Under the pieces are notes generated by a model. The model was not told the DNA's origin and searched no databases. It saw only the letters and a program-made list of their open reading frames with translations. This document shows, piece after piece, positions 26,719 to 36,731 of a stretch of 39,349 nucleotides of DNA. This stretch comes from Thermodesulfovibrionales bacterium (GTDB taxonomy: Bacteria > Nitrospirota > Thermodesulfovibrionia > Thermodesulfovibrionales > UBA6898): positions 1-39,349 of the forward strand of contig JBIOIY010000026.1 in NCBI GenBank assembly GCA_044450345.1, read 5' to 3'. The translations under genes and the position numbers were made by a program. Positions within the stretch are counted from its first letter, which is position 1. Each line of letters begins with the position of its first letter.

Positions 26719-29214
26719 ATGATGGATCGGAAGCTATCTCCTCTCAAAATTGTTATTCTTTATGCTGTGTCCGGCTTATTGTGGATACTTTTTTCGGATC
26801 TGCTCTTATCTAAAATAACGAAGGACACTCAAATATATACCAAAATCAGTATTGTTAAAGGTTGGCTGTATGTAATTTTGACTGCGGCCCTATTGTATTG
26901 GCTTGTCGGTATGTATTCAAAGCAGAGAACCCAGTCTGAAATTGCACTTCGTGAAAACGAGCAAATGTTCCGTTCCTTTTTTGAAGCTCACAGTTCCGTC
27001 ATGATACTGATTGATCCGGACACGGGAGATATTGTCGATGCAAACCGGGCAGCAGCAGATTTTTACGGTTTTAGCCGGGAGACACTTCGCAGCATGGCGA
27101 TCTCAGACATCAACGTGCTATCTCCCGAAGAATTAACGACTCAACGCCGCCGTGCTGCTGGTGCTCAGTGTAATTTATTCATATTCCCCCATCGCTTAGC
27201 TGGAGGAGAAATCAAGACGGTAGAGGTTTACACGAGTCCCATAGAAGTTAACCAGAAGAAGTTGTTGTTTTCCATCATACACGACATCACGGAACGCAAA
27301 CGGGCGGAGGACGAGATCAGGGAGAGCCAGGAGCAGTTTAAAGCTCTGACTGAAAGCACGAGCGACTGGATCTGGGAGGTTGATGAAGAGGGCAGATATA
27401 CCTATGTGAGCCCAAGGATAAGAGACCTGCTGGGATATGAACCTGAAGAGGTCGTGCATAAGACCCCCTTCGATCTTATGCCTCCCGAAGAGGCAAAACG
27501 CTTAAGAAAAACATTCGCCAGTGCTGCTGGCCGACGCGAGCCCCTCATCTCTCTTGAGAATACCAACCTTCATAAAGACGGTCACCTGGTTGTTCTCGAA
27601 ACAAGCGGGCTTCCCTTCTTTGATGCCGGAGGTAAGTTTCTCGGTTATCGGGGCATAGATCGGGATATAACCGAGCGCAAGCGGGTGGAAGATGCTCTGA
27701 GAGAGAGTGAAGAACGCTACCGGACTCTAGCTGAAGCAACCTTTGAGGGTATAACCTTAAGCGAAGGGGGTGTTTTGATTGATGCCAACTCCCAATTGGC
27801 AAGGCTGCTGGGTTATGAACTTCACGAGATCATTGGCAAACCAGTAACGGAATTTATCTTCCCCGAGGACCGGGAACTTGTTAGACGAAATATCGATGCT
27901 GATTACGAACTGCCCTATGAAAATCGGCTGCTCCGCAAGGATGGCTCAACTCTTACGGTTGAGACACGCGCAAGGCATTTCTCCTATCAAGGCCGAAACG
28001 TCCGAGTGACAGCTCTTCACGACATCACCGAGCGCAAGCTGGCCGAGGAGGATAGGGAGAAGTTACAGGCCCAGTTGCTCCATGCGCAAAAGATGGATGC
28101 GGTAGGGCGGCTGGCGGGCGGGGTGGCCCACGATTTCAACAACATGCTTTCAGCGATACTTGGCTATACCGAAATGGCTATGATGGAGTGTACCCCATCG
28201 GAGACGATCCATGCCCACCTTAAGGTGATCGAAGAGTCTGCGCTCCGTTCCGCCGACCTTGTCCGGCAACTCTTGGCCTTTGCCCGGAAGCAGACCGCAG
28301 TGCCCAAGGTTATGGACTTGAACAACACCGTGGCAGGCCTGCTCAAGATGCTCCAACGGTTGATGGGCGAGGACATTGATTTTGCCTGGATGCCAGGCGC
28401 GGCTCTGTGGCTGGTCAAGATCGACCCCTCCCAGATCGACCAGCTTCTGGCGAATCTTTGCGTCAACGCCAGGGATGCCATCGTCAGTGTGGGCAAGATC
28501 ACCATCGAAACCGAAAACGCTGTCTTCGATGAGGGCTATTGTGCCGTTCATCCGGGCTTTGTTCCCGGGGAATATGTGATGCTGGCCGTGAGCGACAACG
28601 GCTGCGGCATGAGCAAAGAAGTTATTGATCACCTCTTCGAGCCGTTCTTCACTACCAAGGAGGCGGGAAAGGGCACCGGACTGGGGCTAGCCACCGTATA
28701 CGGGATCGTCAAGCAAAACGAGGGATTCATCAATGTCTACAGCGAACCCGGCAAGGGCTCAACCTTCAAGATCTTCCTCCCCCGGTCCGTAGGGGAAGCC
28801 ATCGAGCCAATGGCTGTAAACACGACGGAAACGCCCAAGGGGCGTGGGGAGACGGTGCTCTTGGTGGAGGACGAGGCGTTGATTTTGAGCATGAGCCAGA
28901 AAATGCTGGAAGCGCTGGGCTACAGGGTGTTGACGGCCAGTACGCCGGGCGAGGCACTCCGCCAGGTCAAGGCCCATGCCAGTGAGATACAGTTGCTGAT
29001 CACCGACGTGGTCATGCCGGAGATGAACGGTCTGGATCTTGCAAGATTGCTCAGAGAGATCAACCCCGGTTTGAAATGCCTATTCTCATCAGGTTACACG
29101 GCCAACGTCATTGCTCACCGGGGGATACTGGACGAAGGCATGCACTTCCTTCAGAAACCATTCTGCATGAAGGATCTGGCGACCAAGGTGTGCGAGGCAT
29201 TAGAACGAGAATAG
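26719..29214 (+). CDS. Hybrid histidine kinase: two TMs, three PAS/PAC, HisKA, HATPase, REC
   Basis: Three DITERK linkers, AHDFNNML, NARDA, FFTTK, GTGLGL, LLVEDE, TDVVMP, FLQKPF. Confidence 0.93.
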   Translation: MMDRKLSPLKIVILYAVSGLLWILFSDLLLSKITKDTQIYTKISIVKGWLYVILTAALLYWLVGMYSKQRTQSEIALRENEQMFRSFFEAHSSVMILIDPDTGDIVDANRAAADFYGFSRETLRSMAISDINVLSPEELTTQRRRAAGAQCNLFIFPHRLAGGEIKTVEVYTSPIEVNQKKLLFSIIHDITERKRAEDEIRESQEQFKALTESTSDWIWEVDEEGRYTYVSPRIRDLLGYEPEEVVHKTPFDLMPPEEAKRLRKTFASAAGRREPLISLENTNLHKDGHLVVLETSGLPFFDAGGKFLGYRGIDRDITERKRVEDALRESEERYRTLAEATFEGITLSEGGVLIDANSQLARLLGYELHEIIGKPVTEFIFPEDRELVRRNIDADYELPYENRLLRKDGSTLTVETRARHFSYQGRNVRVTALHDITERKLAEEDREKLQAQLLHAQKMDAVGRLAGGVAHDFNNMLSAILGYTEMAMMECTPSETIHAHLKVIEESALRSADLVRQLLAFARKQTAVPKVMDLNNTVAGLLKMLQRLMGEDIDFAWMPGAALWLVKIDPSQIDQLLANLCVNARDAIVSVGKITIETENAVFDEGYCAVHPGFVPGEYVMLAVSDNGCGMSKEVIDHLFEPFFTTKEAGKGTGLGLATVYGIVKQNEGFINVYSEPGKGSTFKIFLPRSVGEAIEPMAVNTTETPKGRGETVLLVEDEALILSMSQKMLEALGYRVLTASTPGEALRQVKAHASEIQLLITDVVMPEMNGLDLARLLREINPGLKCLFSSGYTANVIAHRGILDEGMHFLQKPFCMKDLATKVCEALERE

Positions 29215-29525
29215 CCGTGCCTTTAGACTTTCAACTTAAGAAGAATATCCTGGCTGCTTGGAATACTGCAAAAGATATATCCCAAGTGAGAAATGCTATA
29301 GCTCACAACCCAATTGTTTTTATTTGGAGTAACCGTGATGGGGCAGGAGAACCTGACATTATTGGTATGCCTGTTTTTCGTTCGCTCAGTGGCGATCAGT
29401 TTCAAATTGCACCTGTAATTGATGTAAATAATTTGCATACTATTATAGACGATTTAGTAGATTTGGCTAAGAAGCTTCATGATCTGTTGCTCGAAATTCA
29501 ACAAGGAGGGTCACCAAGAGTTTAG
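29215..29525 (+). pseudogene. 5'-truncated HEPN-like gene remnant
   Basis: AT-rich open frame with RNAIAH (RxxxxH) at 29289-29306; no credible start, and it abuts the kinase stop. Confidence 0.4.
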
Positions 29526-29882
29526 GCAGTCAAACCCCTCCATGGCTTCCTTTTGCCATAAACGTCATCTGTCTGTTGCTGTCGTAAATCGTTGTTTCCG
29601 CCTCTCCCTTTTTTTGCGACTCAGTCGGTGAATCTGAGGTCAGGGTATCGTAGGGTATCCTTTCTACACGAGCAGTGGGATGCTGAGTGTTGCAGGACGT
29701 AATTAATATTTCTGGGTAGCAGAGCCTCCACCCGTTGTTATCAAAAATAACAAACACAGTCAGCTTTCATGCGGAGAGCGGAGGCCGACTCATGGAGGTC
29801 TTTCGCGCACCTCTCATGCGGCGGATGTTACGGGGCAGAGTCTTCAAGAGTTGCTTCTGGAAAGATCTGTTTGTTATCAGGT

Positions 29883-32243
29883 GTGCGACAAGAAGTCGCA
29901 TAAGTAATTGTCTCAAATCGCGTGGCATTGCGATTAGGAGACCGTCTATTCCGTTAGAGGTAGCCACTGCCCTGAATAAAGTGCGGGCAGGAAAGGATAA
30001 CCTGATCGAAAGATCCAATCAAAGCCGTGAGGCGATGATATATCTGCCAGCATCGAGGCGGATAAGGTGTCGGCTTGGTGGTACGACTAACATAGGTGAA
30101 CTGCTGATAAACTTCGTAAAACTACAACAAGCCAAAGATGCTGAAAGGCTTGCACCAAAAGGTACATAGCTGGTTAATCTCGTCACCTGTGGGATTACAC
30201 GGACATACAGCTATCGGAGGAAAGGCAGAGTCTAACCCACCATTGTTACTTATGCGGAACTTGGTAAACCCATATTCCTCCCGAAAGGGAAAGCAACCCG
30301 TAAGGGAAGCCGATAGGGATGTGGGCATGGGACAGTAGAGAAAGCGAATGCCGGCCTGTAACGGGTCGGATAAGGATTGAGCGAAAGCGACATCATCCTA
30401 GGCGAAAGCAGGCAGACTTCTACTTGGTCTTTCTTTGCAAGAGAATTTACAGAACCTTCGAAGGAGGAAAAGCAAATGAATACAGCTGTTAATGTATGTG
30501 CATCCTCCTGCGGGACTGTGCAGTGGTCCAACATCGATTGGGCGCAATGCATCAGGAACGTAAGGAGGCTGCAAATCCGTATTGCGAAGGTAACGCAGGA
30601 AGGCAGATGGAACAAGGTGAAAGCCCTGCAACGTCTGTTGACCGGCTCGTTCTCCGGCAAAGCATTAGCCGTAAAACGGGTAACTGAAAACGAAGGCAAA
30701 AGAACATCAGGAGTTGACAAGCAGCTATGGTCGACGCCTGAGGCCAAATCACGGGCAGTACAGAACCTTAACAGGCGAGGCTATAAGCCTCTTCCGTTAA
30801 AGCGGGTCTACATTCCGAAAAGCAGAACAAAGATGCGTCCGCTTGGGATTCCGACAATGAAGGACAGGGCCATGCAGGCACTATATCTGTTAGCTCTGGA
30901 GCCAATCGCGGAAACGACGGCGGACAGGAACTCGTATGGGTTCAGACCGGAAAGAGCTACTCACGATGCTATCGAGAAATGTTTCAATGTTTTATCACGA
31001 AAAACATCTGCAAGGTGGATACTGGACGGCGACATCCGAGGCTGCTTTGACAATATCAACCATGAATGGTTAATCGGCAATATCCCGATGGATAGGAAGA
31101 TTCTCCGGAAATGGTTAAAGGCAGGTTACGTTCACAAACGAATCCTTTATCCAACAGAGGCGGGTACTCCGCAGGGCGGAATAATCTCGCCGACGTTGGC
31201 TAATATGACACTCGATGGATTGGAAGCGGAACTGAAGGAGTTTCGCGCACAAGACAAGGTTCATATGGTCAGGTATGCGGATGACTTTATTATTACTGGC
31301 AGCTCTAAGGAGCTTCTGGAGAATGAAGTCAAACCCTTGGTTGAGAAGTTTCTCTCAGCGCGGGGGCTGGAACTCTCCCCGGAGAAAACCAGTATTGCGC
31401 ATATCGATGAAGGGTTCGACTTCCTTGGTGTGAGCATTCGCAAGTATGTTGGCAAACTGCTCACGAAGCCGTCCAAGAAGAATGTGAAGGCATTCCTCGA
31501 TAAAGTCAGGAATATTATAAAGGCTAACAGAAACGCAAAACAGATCAATTTGATAATGCTGCTCAATCCGATTATCAGGGGATGGGCGAATTATCACAGG
31601 TCTGTGGTAGCGTCGAAAACCTTCAACCGTGTAGACAAAGAGATTTGGCAATCGTTATGGCGATGGGCAAAGCGGCGGCATCCGAAGAAAAGTTCCAGGT
31701 GGATTAAAGATAAGTACTTTAAGACAGTTGGGAACAGACGTTGGAGATTTGCCGCTGATGATAGGGAACGGTTATATCCTGATGGAAAGCCCTACAGGGT
31801 ATCACTTTCCCTCGCGTCAGGTGTGCCGATCCAACGGCATAGAAGAATCAGAAGCGAGGCAAATCCCTTCGACCCCAAGTTTGAAACTTATTTTGAGAAA
31901 CGATCGATCTCAAAATTGAGAGACAATCTGAAAGGGGCTAAGAGATTATGGAAACTCTGGCTACATCAGGGTGGTCTCTGTCCAATCTGTCATCAGAAAA
32001 TTACAGGCGATATGCAATGGGATATCCATTATATCAACCATAAGGCTGACGGCGGAAAGGGCAATGTCTCAAATCTGATACTCACGCATGCTAGTTGCCA
32101 TCGTATGGTTCATAGCCTGTAGTTGGAAGTTGTGGAACCGGCAGCCACTGGCTGTTTATGAAAGGCTTGAGCCGTGTGTGGGGAAACTTACACGCACGGT
32201 TCTTATGGGGCCGGGGCTCAGTAATGGGCCTCGGCTACCAAAC
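29883..32243 (+). mobile_element. Group II intron (IIB-like), full length, about 2.36 kb
   Basis: 5' GTGCG at 29883. Domain V GAGCCGTGTGTGGGGAAACTTACACGCACGGTTC (32169-32202) has the AGC triad. Domain VI ends CTACCAAAC. EBS1 and EBS2 match the flanking exon. Confidence 0.9.
30476..32122 (+). CDS. ltrA: Group II intron-encoded reverse transcriptase/maturase with HNH-type endonuclease domain
   Basis: AAGGAGG RBS; RPLGIPT, SYGFRP, GTPQGGIISP, RYADD, FDFLG, RGWANY, CPIC...NL...HASCH. Confidence 0.95.
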   Translation: MNTAVNVCASSCGTVQWSNIDWAQCIRNVRRLQIRIAKVTQEGRWNKVKALQRLLTGSFSGKALAVKRVTENEGKRTSGVDKQLWSTPEAKSRAVQNLNRRGYKPLPLKRVYIPKSRTKMRPLGIPTMKDRAMQALYLLALEPIAETTADRNSYGFRPERATHDAIEKCFNVLSRKTSARWILDGDIRGCFDNINHEWLIGNIPMDRKILRKWLKAGYVHKRILYPTEAGTPQGGIISPTLANMTLDGLEAELKEFRAQDKVHMVRYADDFIITGSSKELLENEVKPLVEKFLSARGLELSPEKTSIAHIDEGFDFLGVSIRKYVGKLLTKPSKKNVKAFLDKVRNIIKANRNAKQINLIMLLNPIIRGWANYHRSVVASKTFNRVDKEIWQSLWRWAKRRHPKKSSRWIKDKYFKTVGNRRWRFAADDRERLYPDGKPYRVSLSLASGVPIQRHRRIRSEANPFDPKFETYFEKRSISKLRDNLKGAKRLWKLWLHQGGLCPICHQKITGDMQWDIHYINHKADGGKGNVSNLILTHASCHRMVHSL

Positions 32244-32701
32244 GATCCAACGACCACTTTGACGCGATAAAGGTTATATTTAGGGAAACCACATAGGGAA
32301 AGAACCCCTGATGGATAAATCACCATAGGACCCCGGTTGACTCTCTGGATAATCGTTCCTCAAGATCCTGCCACAAATGCTTTCTGGTCAAAAATAATTT
32401 TAAAGACAGGGAATCACCGCGCTTAATCTTGAAGTACCGATGACCTCCATGATTTTCCCTGCGGGTAGGGTCGGTCATATTCTATGAGCCTCAATAGTAT
32501 CGCTTGGAAGGTTTCTTAAAAAATGACACCAACAAAACCCCGGCAATAAATCCTCCGATACGACCCCACAACGCCAAAAAGTTAAAAAGATTTAATTGAA
32601 AGTTTCCATTCTCCCATTCATAAATTCAAAATATGTTCATAATTGGGTGTTAATCTTACGCCATAAGATTATTTTCAATTCAGTTTTATGGGAGGTATAT
32701 T

Positions 32702-32917
32702 ATGAGCTGCCCCTATTTTGACGAAGGAAACTTCAGCACCTGTAGTGCATCGGAATCAAGGCATGTTCCGAGCATTGAAAAGATGGAAACATACTGTTTT
32801 AAGCAAACCTATAGACTCTGCCCCACTCTTTTGGAATATCTATACGAAAACGATATGGCTATGGCTAACTACCCCCTAAGAAAGAAGTTGTTTCATTCAG
32901 CGAATAAAGTTTCTTGA
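32702..32917 (+). CDS. Small four-Cys hypothetical protein (71 aa)
   Basis: GGAGGT RBS; MSCPYF...C...YC...CP pattern. Confidence 0.65.
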   Translation: MSCPYFDEGNFSTCSASESRHVPSIEKMETYCFKQTYRLCPTLLEYLYENDMAMANYPLRKKLFHSANKVS

Positions 32918-33313
32918 TAATTGGTGCAGGGCCTGAATAAAAATTCAACCGAATTCTTGATTCAGCTTTTGGAGTTGTTAAGAGTATCGCAACTAATATG
33001 CTAAAGGCGGTGACAGTTGAAAGCATTCTTATTGTCTTGCAGTCACCTTGTCAGAACGATTTCCTAATGTCGCGGTCCCGCGAGAGCGCGGTGAGGCTTT
33101 TATAAGTGAGTACCTGACTTAATTGCCTCATTGTACCTGAAGAAAATTACTCCATGTTATGTTAATCCTGAGGAACTAATTCCACCTCCAGTCCGTGGGA
33201 GAAATTGTAACCGACTACTTGCATTCATCGTCTTAACAATATAAAGCCATTGTCTGAGTATTCCTTTTCGTCGCCCAAAAATGGATAAAGGCTTATTTGT
33301 AAAGGAGGTCCCC

Positions 33314-33830
33314 ATGCATAATGATTTAGTTACACAAGCTGCATCGACCGCAGTGCGATGTGTCGTAGTGGTGGTAAGCCATAGAACTCTTATCAAGTCT
33401 CTTGCAGCGTATATGTTGCTTTTTACCGCGATAATTATAGTGCAGCCGATTTCAGCGCGGGCGGGCGATTTCCCGAATATCAGTAAATCCCCCGAGCAGC
33501 TAATGTCCCGTTTAAAGGAACGTCTTAGGCTTACCGAAGAGCAGGAAACTAAGGTACAGCCGATTATTGATGAAGGTACAGCCGATTATTGATGAAAGCT
33601 TCAAAAAGCGCAGCGAGATATTAAAAAACGGCGGGCAGGACGGTAAATCGGAGAAGAACGCGTTACAGGAACTTCGGTGGTCCACCGATATGCAAATCGG
33701 CAGGATCTTGACGGAGGAGCAGATGAAGGAGTACCAAAAGCTCCGGGAAGAAGAAAGCGAAAAGAAGACGCAGCGCAGCGATATGCAACCCGGGAGAGGG
33801 TCGCGCACTGGCGGGATGCATGGATTTTGA
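33314..33830 (+). pseudogene. Exported Spy/CpxP-like (LTxEQ) protein frameshifted by a 22-bp tandem duplication
   Basis: AAGGAGG RBS, signal peptide, two LTEEQ motifs split across frames; AAGGTACAGCCGATTATTGATG is duplicated at 33551-33594. Confidence 0.75.
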
Positions 33831-33890
33831 CGAATGGTGGCATATGTGCAAGGCCCCATATTATATAAATTAACAAAAGGAGTTCTTACT

Positions 33891-34583
33891 ATGTACAAGT
33901 GTCAGCACAAGCAAAATATGATGTTTGGAAACATAATCTATGTTTTTTTGTTGCAGTCTGTACTGTTATTGATAGGCGCGGTAAGCAGTTCCGCCCAAGA
34001 GGCAAACATGAAAGCCTTCGGGAAGCCCGTCCAAGTTGCATCCCTCGGCGAAACTTCTCAGAAGCCGATGCTTGATTCAGCACGCGACATCGGTGGAGCA
34101 CGCGAGCGAGATATCGTTGAAGCTAAAGAATGCAATGATCGGGGCGTTACCTATTCGGAAAAAGGCCAATATGACCTCGCCCTTTCAGAATTCAAAAAAG
34201 CTCTCGATATCGCTCCAATGTCCTCGGAGACATACAATAATATGGGAATTACTTACTCGAAGAAGGGCCAATACGATCTTGCCATCGCCGATTTCACAAA
34301 GTCCCTCGATATAAATCCCAACGCTTCAAAAGTCTTGTACAATCGTGGTATTACTTATGCTATAAGAGGTCAATTCGACCTTGCTCTTTCGGATCTTAAC
34401 AGGTCGCTCCAGATCCAATCGAGCAGCGCTGCCGTTTATGACATCCGGGGGAGCCTCCATGTGGAGTTGGCGTGTGCAGATTGGAAACAAGCATGTAAAT
34501 TCGGGAATTGCGAACATTTAAAGGAGGCAACGAAGGCCGGTCTTTGTACTGAAACAAATGGGACCGGCACGTCGCTGCAGTAG
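33891..34583 (+). CDS. Exported TPR-repeat protein
   Basis: AAGGAG RBS, signal-like N-terminus, 3-4 TPRs (YNNMGITYSKKGQYDLAIADFTKSL), C-terminal ACADWKQACKFGNC. Confidence 0.8.
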   Translation: MYKCQHKQNMMFGNIIYVFLLQSVLLLIGAVSSSAQEANMKAFGKPVQVASLGETSQKPMLDSARDIGGARERDIVEAKECNDRGVTYSEKGQYDLALSEFKKALDIAPMSSETYNNMGITYSKKGQYDLAIADFTKSLDINPNASKVLYNRGITYAIRGQFDLALSDLNRSLQIQSSSAAVYDIRGSLHVELACADWKQACKFGNCEHLKEATKAGLCTETNGTGTSLQ

Positions 34584-34669
34584 AAAACCCGAAGAACACT
34601 ATGGTATCTATTGATGTTTATGAAATAAGAGATAGGCAAAGAATTGCCGATCAAGAGAGGCCGGGACTG

Positions 34670-35257
34670 ATGTCGTTTACCCACATAATAGACTACTTCA
34701 ACCGTCAATCCAAATCGTTTCAGATAACTTTAGACATTTCAATGATGCTCGTTATTGGGTTTGTTGATTATGTAACGGGATATGAAATAGGTCTGTCATT
34801 ATTCTATTTGATACCGATCATTTTTGCTGCATGGTTTGGGAGTAAAAGGCAAGGCATTGTCATATCAGCCCTTTGTCTTATAACAATGGCAATGGCAGAC
34901 TATTGGGCTGGCAAGGTCTATACAGTTCCTTTCATTGAATACTGGAATTTGCTTATGCATCTTGGGTTTTTTGTCATTATTTCGCTCCTGTTTTCAAGGT
35001 TGAAAGTTGAATTTGATGAGCGCCGGAACCTTATTAATAAACTTGAAAATGCAGTCAAGGAAATAAAACAACTAAGTGGATTGCTGCCTATCTGTGCGTC
35101 ATGCAAAAAAATAAGAGATGATAAGGGCTGCTGGAATCAGATAGAAACCTATATCAGTAAGCATTCGGAAGCAGAGTTCACGCATAGTATATGTCCTGAA
35201 TGTGCAAAAAAGTTATATCCGGAAGTGTACAAAAAAATATTTTCAAGAAATGAGTAA
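34670..35257 (+). CDS. Membrane protein (DUF4118-like TM sensor region) with C-terminal Cys/His putative Zn-binding domain
   Basis: Four TMs (FYLIPI motif), then LPICASCKKIRDDKG...FTHSICPEC. Confidence 0.75.
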   Translation: MSFTHIIDYFNRQSKSFQITLDISMMLVIGFVDYVTGYEIGLSLFYLIPIIFAAWFGSKRQGIVISALCLITMAMADYWAGKVYTVPFIEYWNLLMHLGFFVIISLLFSRLKVEFDERRNLINKLENAVKEIKQLSGLLPICASCKKIRDDKGCWNQIETYISKHSEAEFTHSICPECAKKLYPEVYKKIFSRNE

Positions 35258-35405
35258 TTCAAAGACGCTCATTAATTGAAGAGGCCCTGACAGTGAATAG
35301 TGCTGTGCTATAATTTGATTGAGAAAATATCGAAGCAGGCCTGTTGAGGCTCAGGTAAATCAAGAATGGGATCAATGTGATGAGCACGTGGAAGGGATTG
35401 CGCCT

Positions 35406-36662
35406 ATGCATACAAAAAGAAACTGCCTAAAAAGCCTTCTGCTTGTGCTTGTGGTATGCCTTTCGGCCCCCCTCTCTGTTGGGGCATTAGAAGGTGAATC
35501 GTCCGAAACATACTTCTTTACCGATCAGGAGCTCGACAATCTCCTTGCACCTGTTGCGCTTTACCCGGATCCTCTGCTGGCCGAGATGTTGCCTGCCTCC
35601 ACGTATCCCACGGAGATTGCTGATGCGGCGGCGTGGCTGCAAAGCGGCGGGGACATATCAGGGATCGACGGGCAGAACTGGGATGAGAGTGTCAAGGCAG
35701 TTGCCCACTATCCGGAGATCCTTGCCACGATGGTCGATGATATGGACTGGACTGCCGACCTTGGGGATGCATTTCTGAACCAGCAGGAAGACGTGACGAG
35801 GGCAATTCAACGGCTCAGGGCGAGGGCGAGAGCCAAAGGGAATCTGATGAGTACCGATGAACAGAGTGTCGTTGTCGAAGATGACTCTATCGAGATTATT
35901 CCTGCTGAACCTGAGTATATAGACGTCCCGGAGTATGACCCTTCGGTGGTATATGACCAGAGACAGGCTTACGGGGCAGCGCCTTTCATCATCTTTCGTC
36001 TCGTTCTTCCAGTCGGAGACTGGTTGAGCATGGACTTTGACTGGCATCGCCATCATTTGATCTACCATGGCTGGAACCGCCCCGGGTGGGTAAATAATGC
36101 AAGGCCCTATGTTCGCATGGGGAATGTGTATATCAACAAAAGCAGACCTTACATAAATCAGGCATGGAGGCATGATGTATCACGCGGCGACCCGGATAAG
36201 TACCGGGCGTCCCGGCCTGTCGGCAGTCGCCCCGACAGGTATGAACGTACTAGGGAAGTGAGGGGGAGAACTGTCACGCCCAAGCCTTCGGAGGGAGCGT
36301 TCCGTCCCACGGGCAATACAGTAGAGTTCAGTAATCGCGGCAAGGAAAGCCTCAATGCCGCCCGGCGAAAGCCGGCAACGACAACGACAGGAGTCAGCCA
36401 ACAGCCGGCAAGGCGGGCGCCTAGTGTGAGCAGTGGTATCGCCCAGCCCGGTCCAGCTCGGGGGACCGTGCAGCCGGCAAAGCCGGCTTCAAGCGCCTTT
36501 GGCGGTTACCGGGGAGCGGATGAGACCAGGGTGCAGAGTCGACGTGGCGAGGATAGCCGTCGGAGCAACGTCGGAGTGGGCTCTTCCGCGGCCCCTGCAA
36601 ATAAGGGTAGTGTTCCTGCGGGCAGGACGAGCACCGGGGGCAGACAGGGCTCCCCACGCTAG
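35406..36662 (+). CDS. DUF3300-domain exported protein with low-complexity C-terminus
   Basis: ELDNLLAPVALYPDPLLA, ASTYP, WDESVKA, WTADLGDAFLNQ, VPEYDP. Confidence 0.85.
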   Translation: MHTKRNCLKSLLLVLVVCLSAPLSVGALEGESSETYFFTDQELDNLLAPVALYPDPLLAEMLPASTYPTEIADAAAWLQSGGDISGIDGQNWDESVKAVAHYPEILATMVDDMDWTADLGDAFLNQQEDVTRAIQRLRARARAKGNLMSTDEQSVVVEDDSIEIIPAEPEYIDVPEYDPSVVYDQRQAYGAAPFIIFRLVLPVGDWLSMDFDWHRHHLIYHGWNRPGWVNNARPYVRMGNVYINKSRPYINQAWRHDVSRGDPDKYRASRPVGSRPDRYERTREVRGRTVTPKPSEGAFRPTGNTVEFSNRGKESLNAARRKPATTTTGVSQQPARRAPSVSSGIAQPGPARGTVQPAKPASSAFGGYRGADETRVQSRRGEDSRRSNVGVGSSAAPANKGSVPAGRTSTGGRQGSPR

Positions 36663-36731
36663 AGTGGCGGATGTGCTTCAACTATTGTCTGAAAACAGGG
36701 AATATAATTGAATAAAGAAAGGAAGAAAATA

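Noticed and set aside
30000..30005. ACCTGA, a perfect complement of IBS1, as EBS1
   Set aside because: It lies too far 5' in domain I. The stem-loop at 30176-30196 downstream of EBS2 is the positionally correct EBS1.
29735..30338. ORFs 29735-30169, 29767-30018, 30122-30328 and 30138-30338
   Set aside because: They overlap intron domain I and have no protein motifs.
30377..30475. TTG-start extension of the intron ORF
   Set aside because: The ATG at 30476 has a strong AAGGAGG RBS; the upstream part is intron RNA structure.
32970..33135. Series of short hairpins (GGTGAC/GTCACC, TGAGGC/GCCTCA) as a riboswitch
   Set aside because: The stems are short and I could not match any riboswitch consensus; unsupported without a covariance search.
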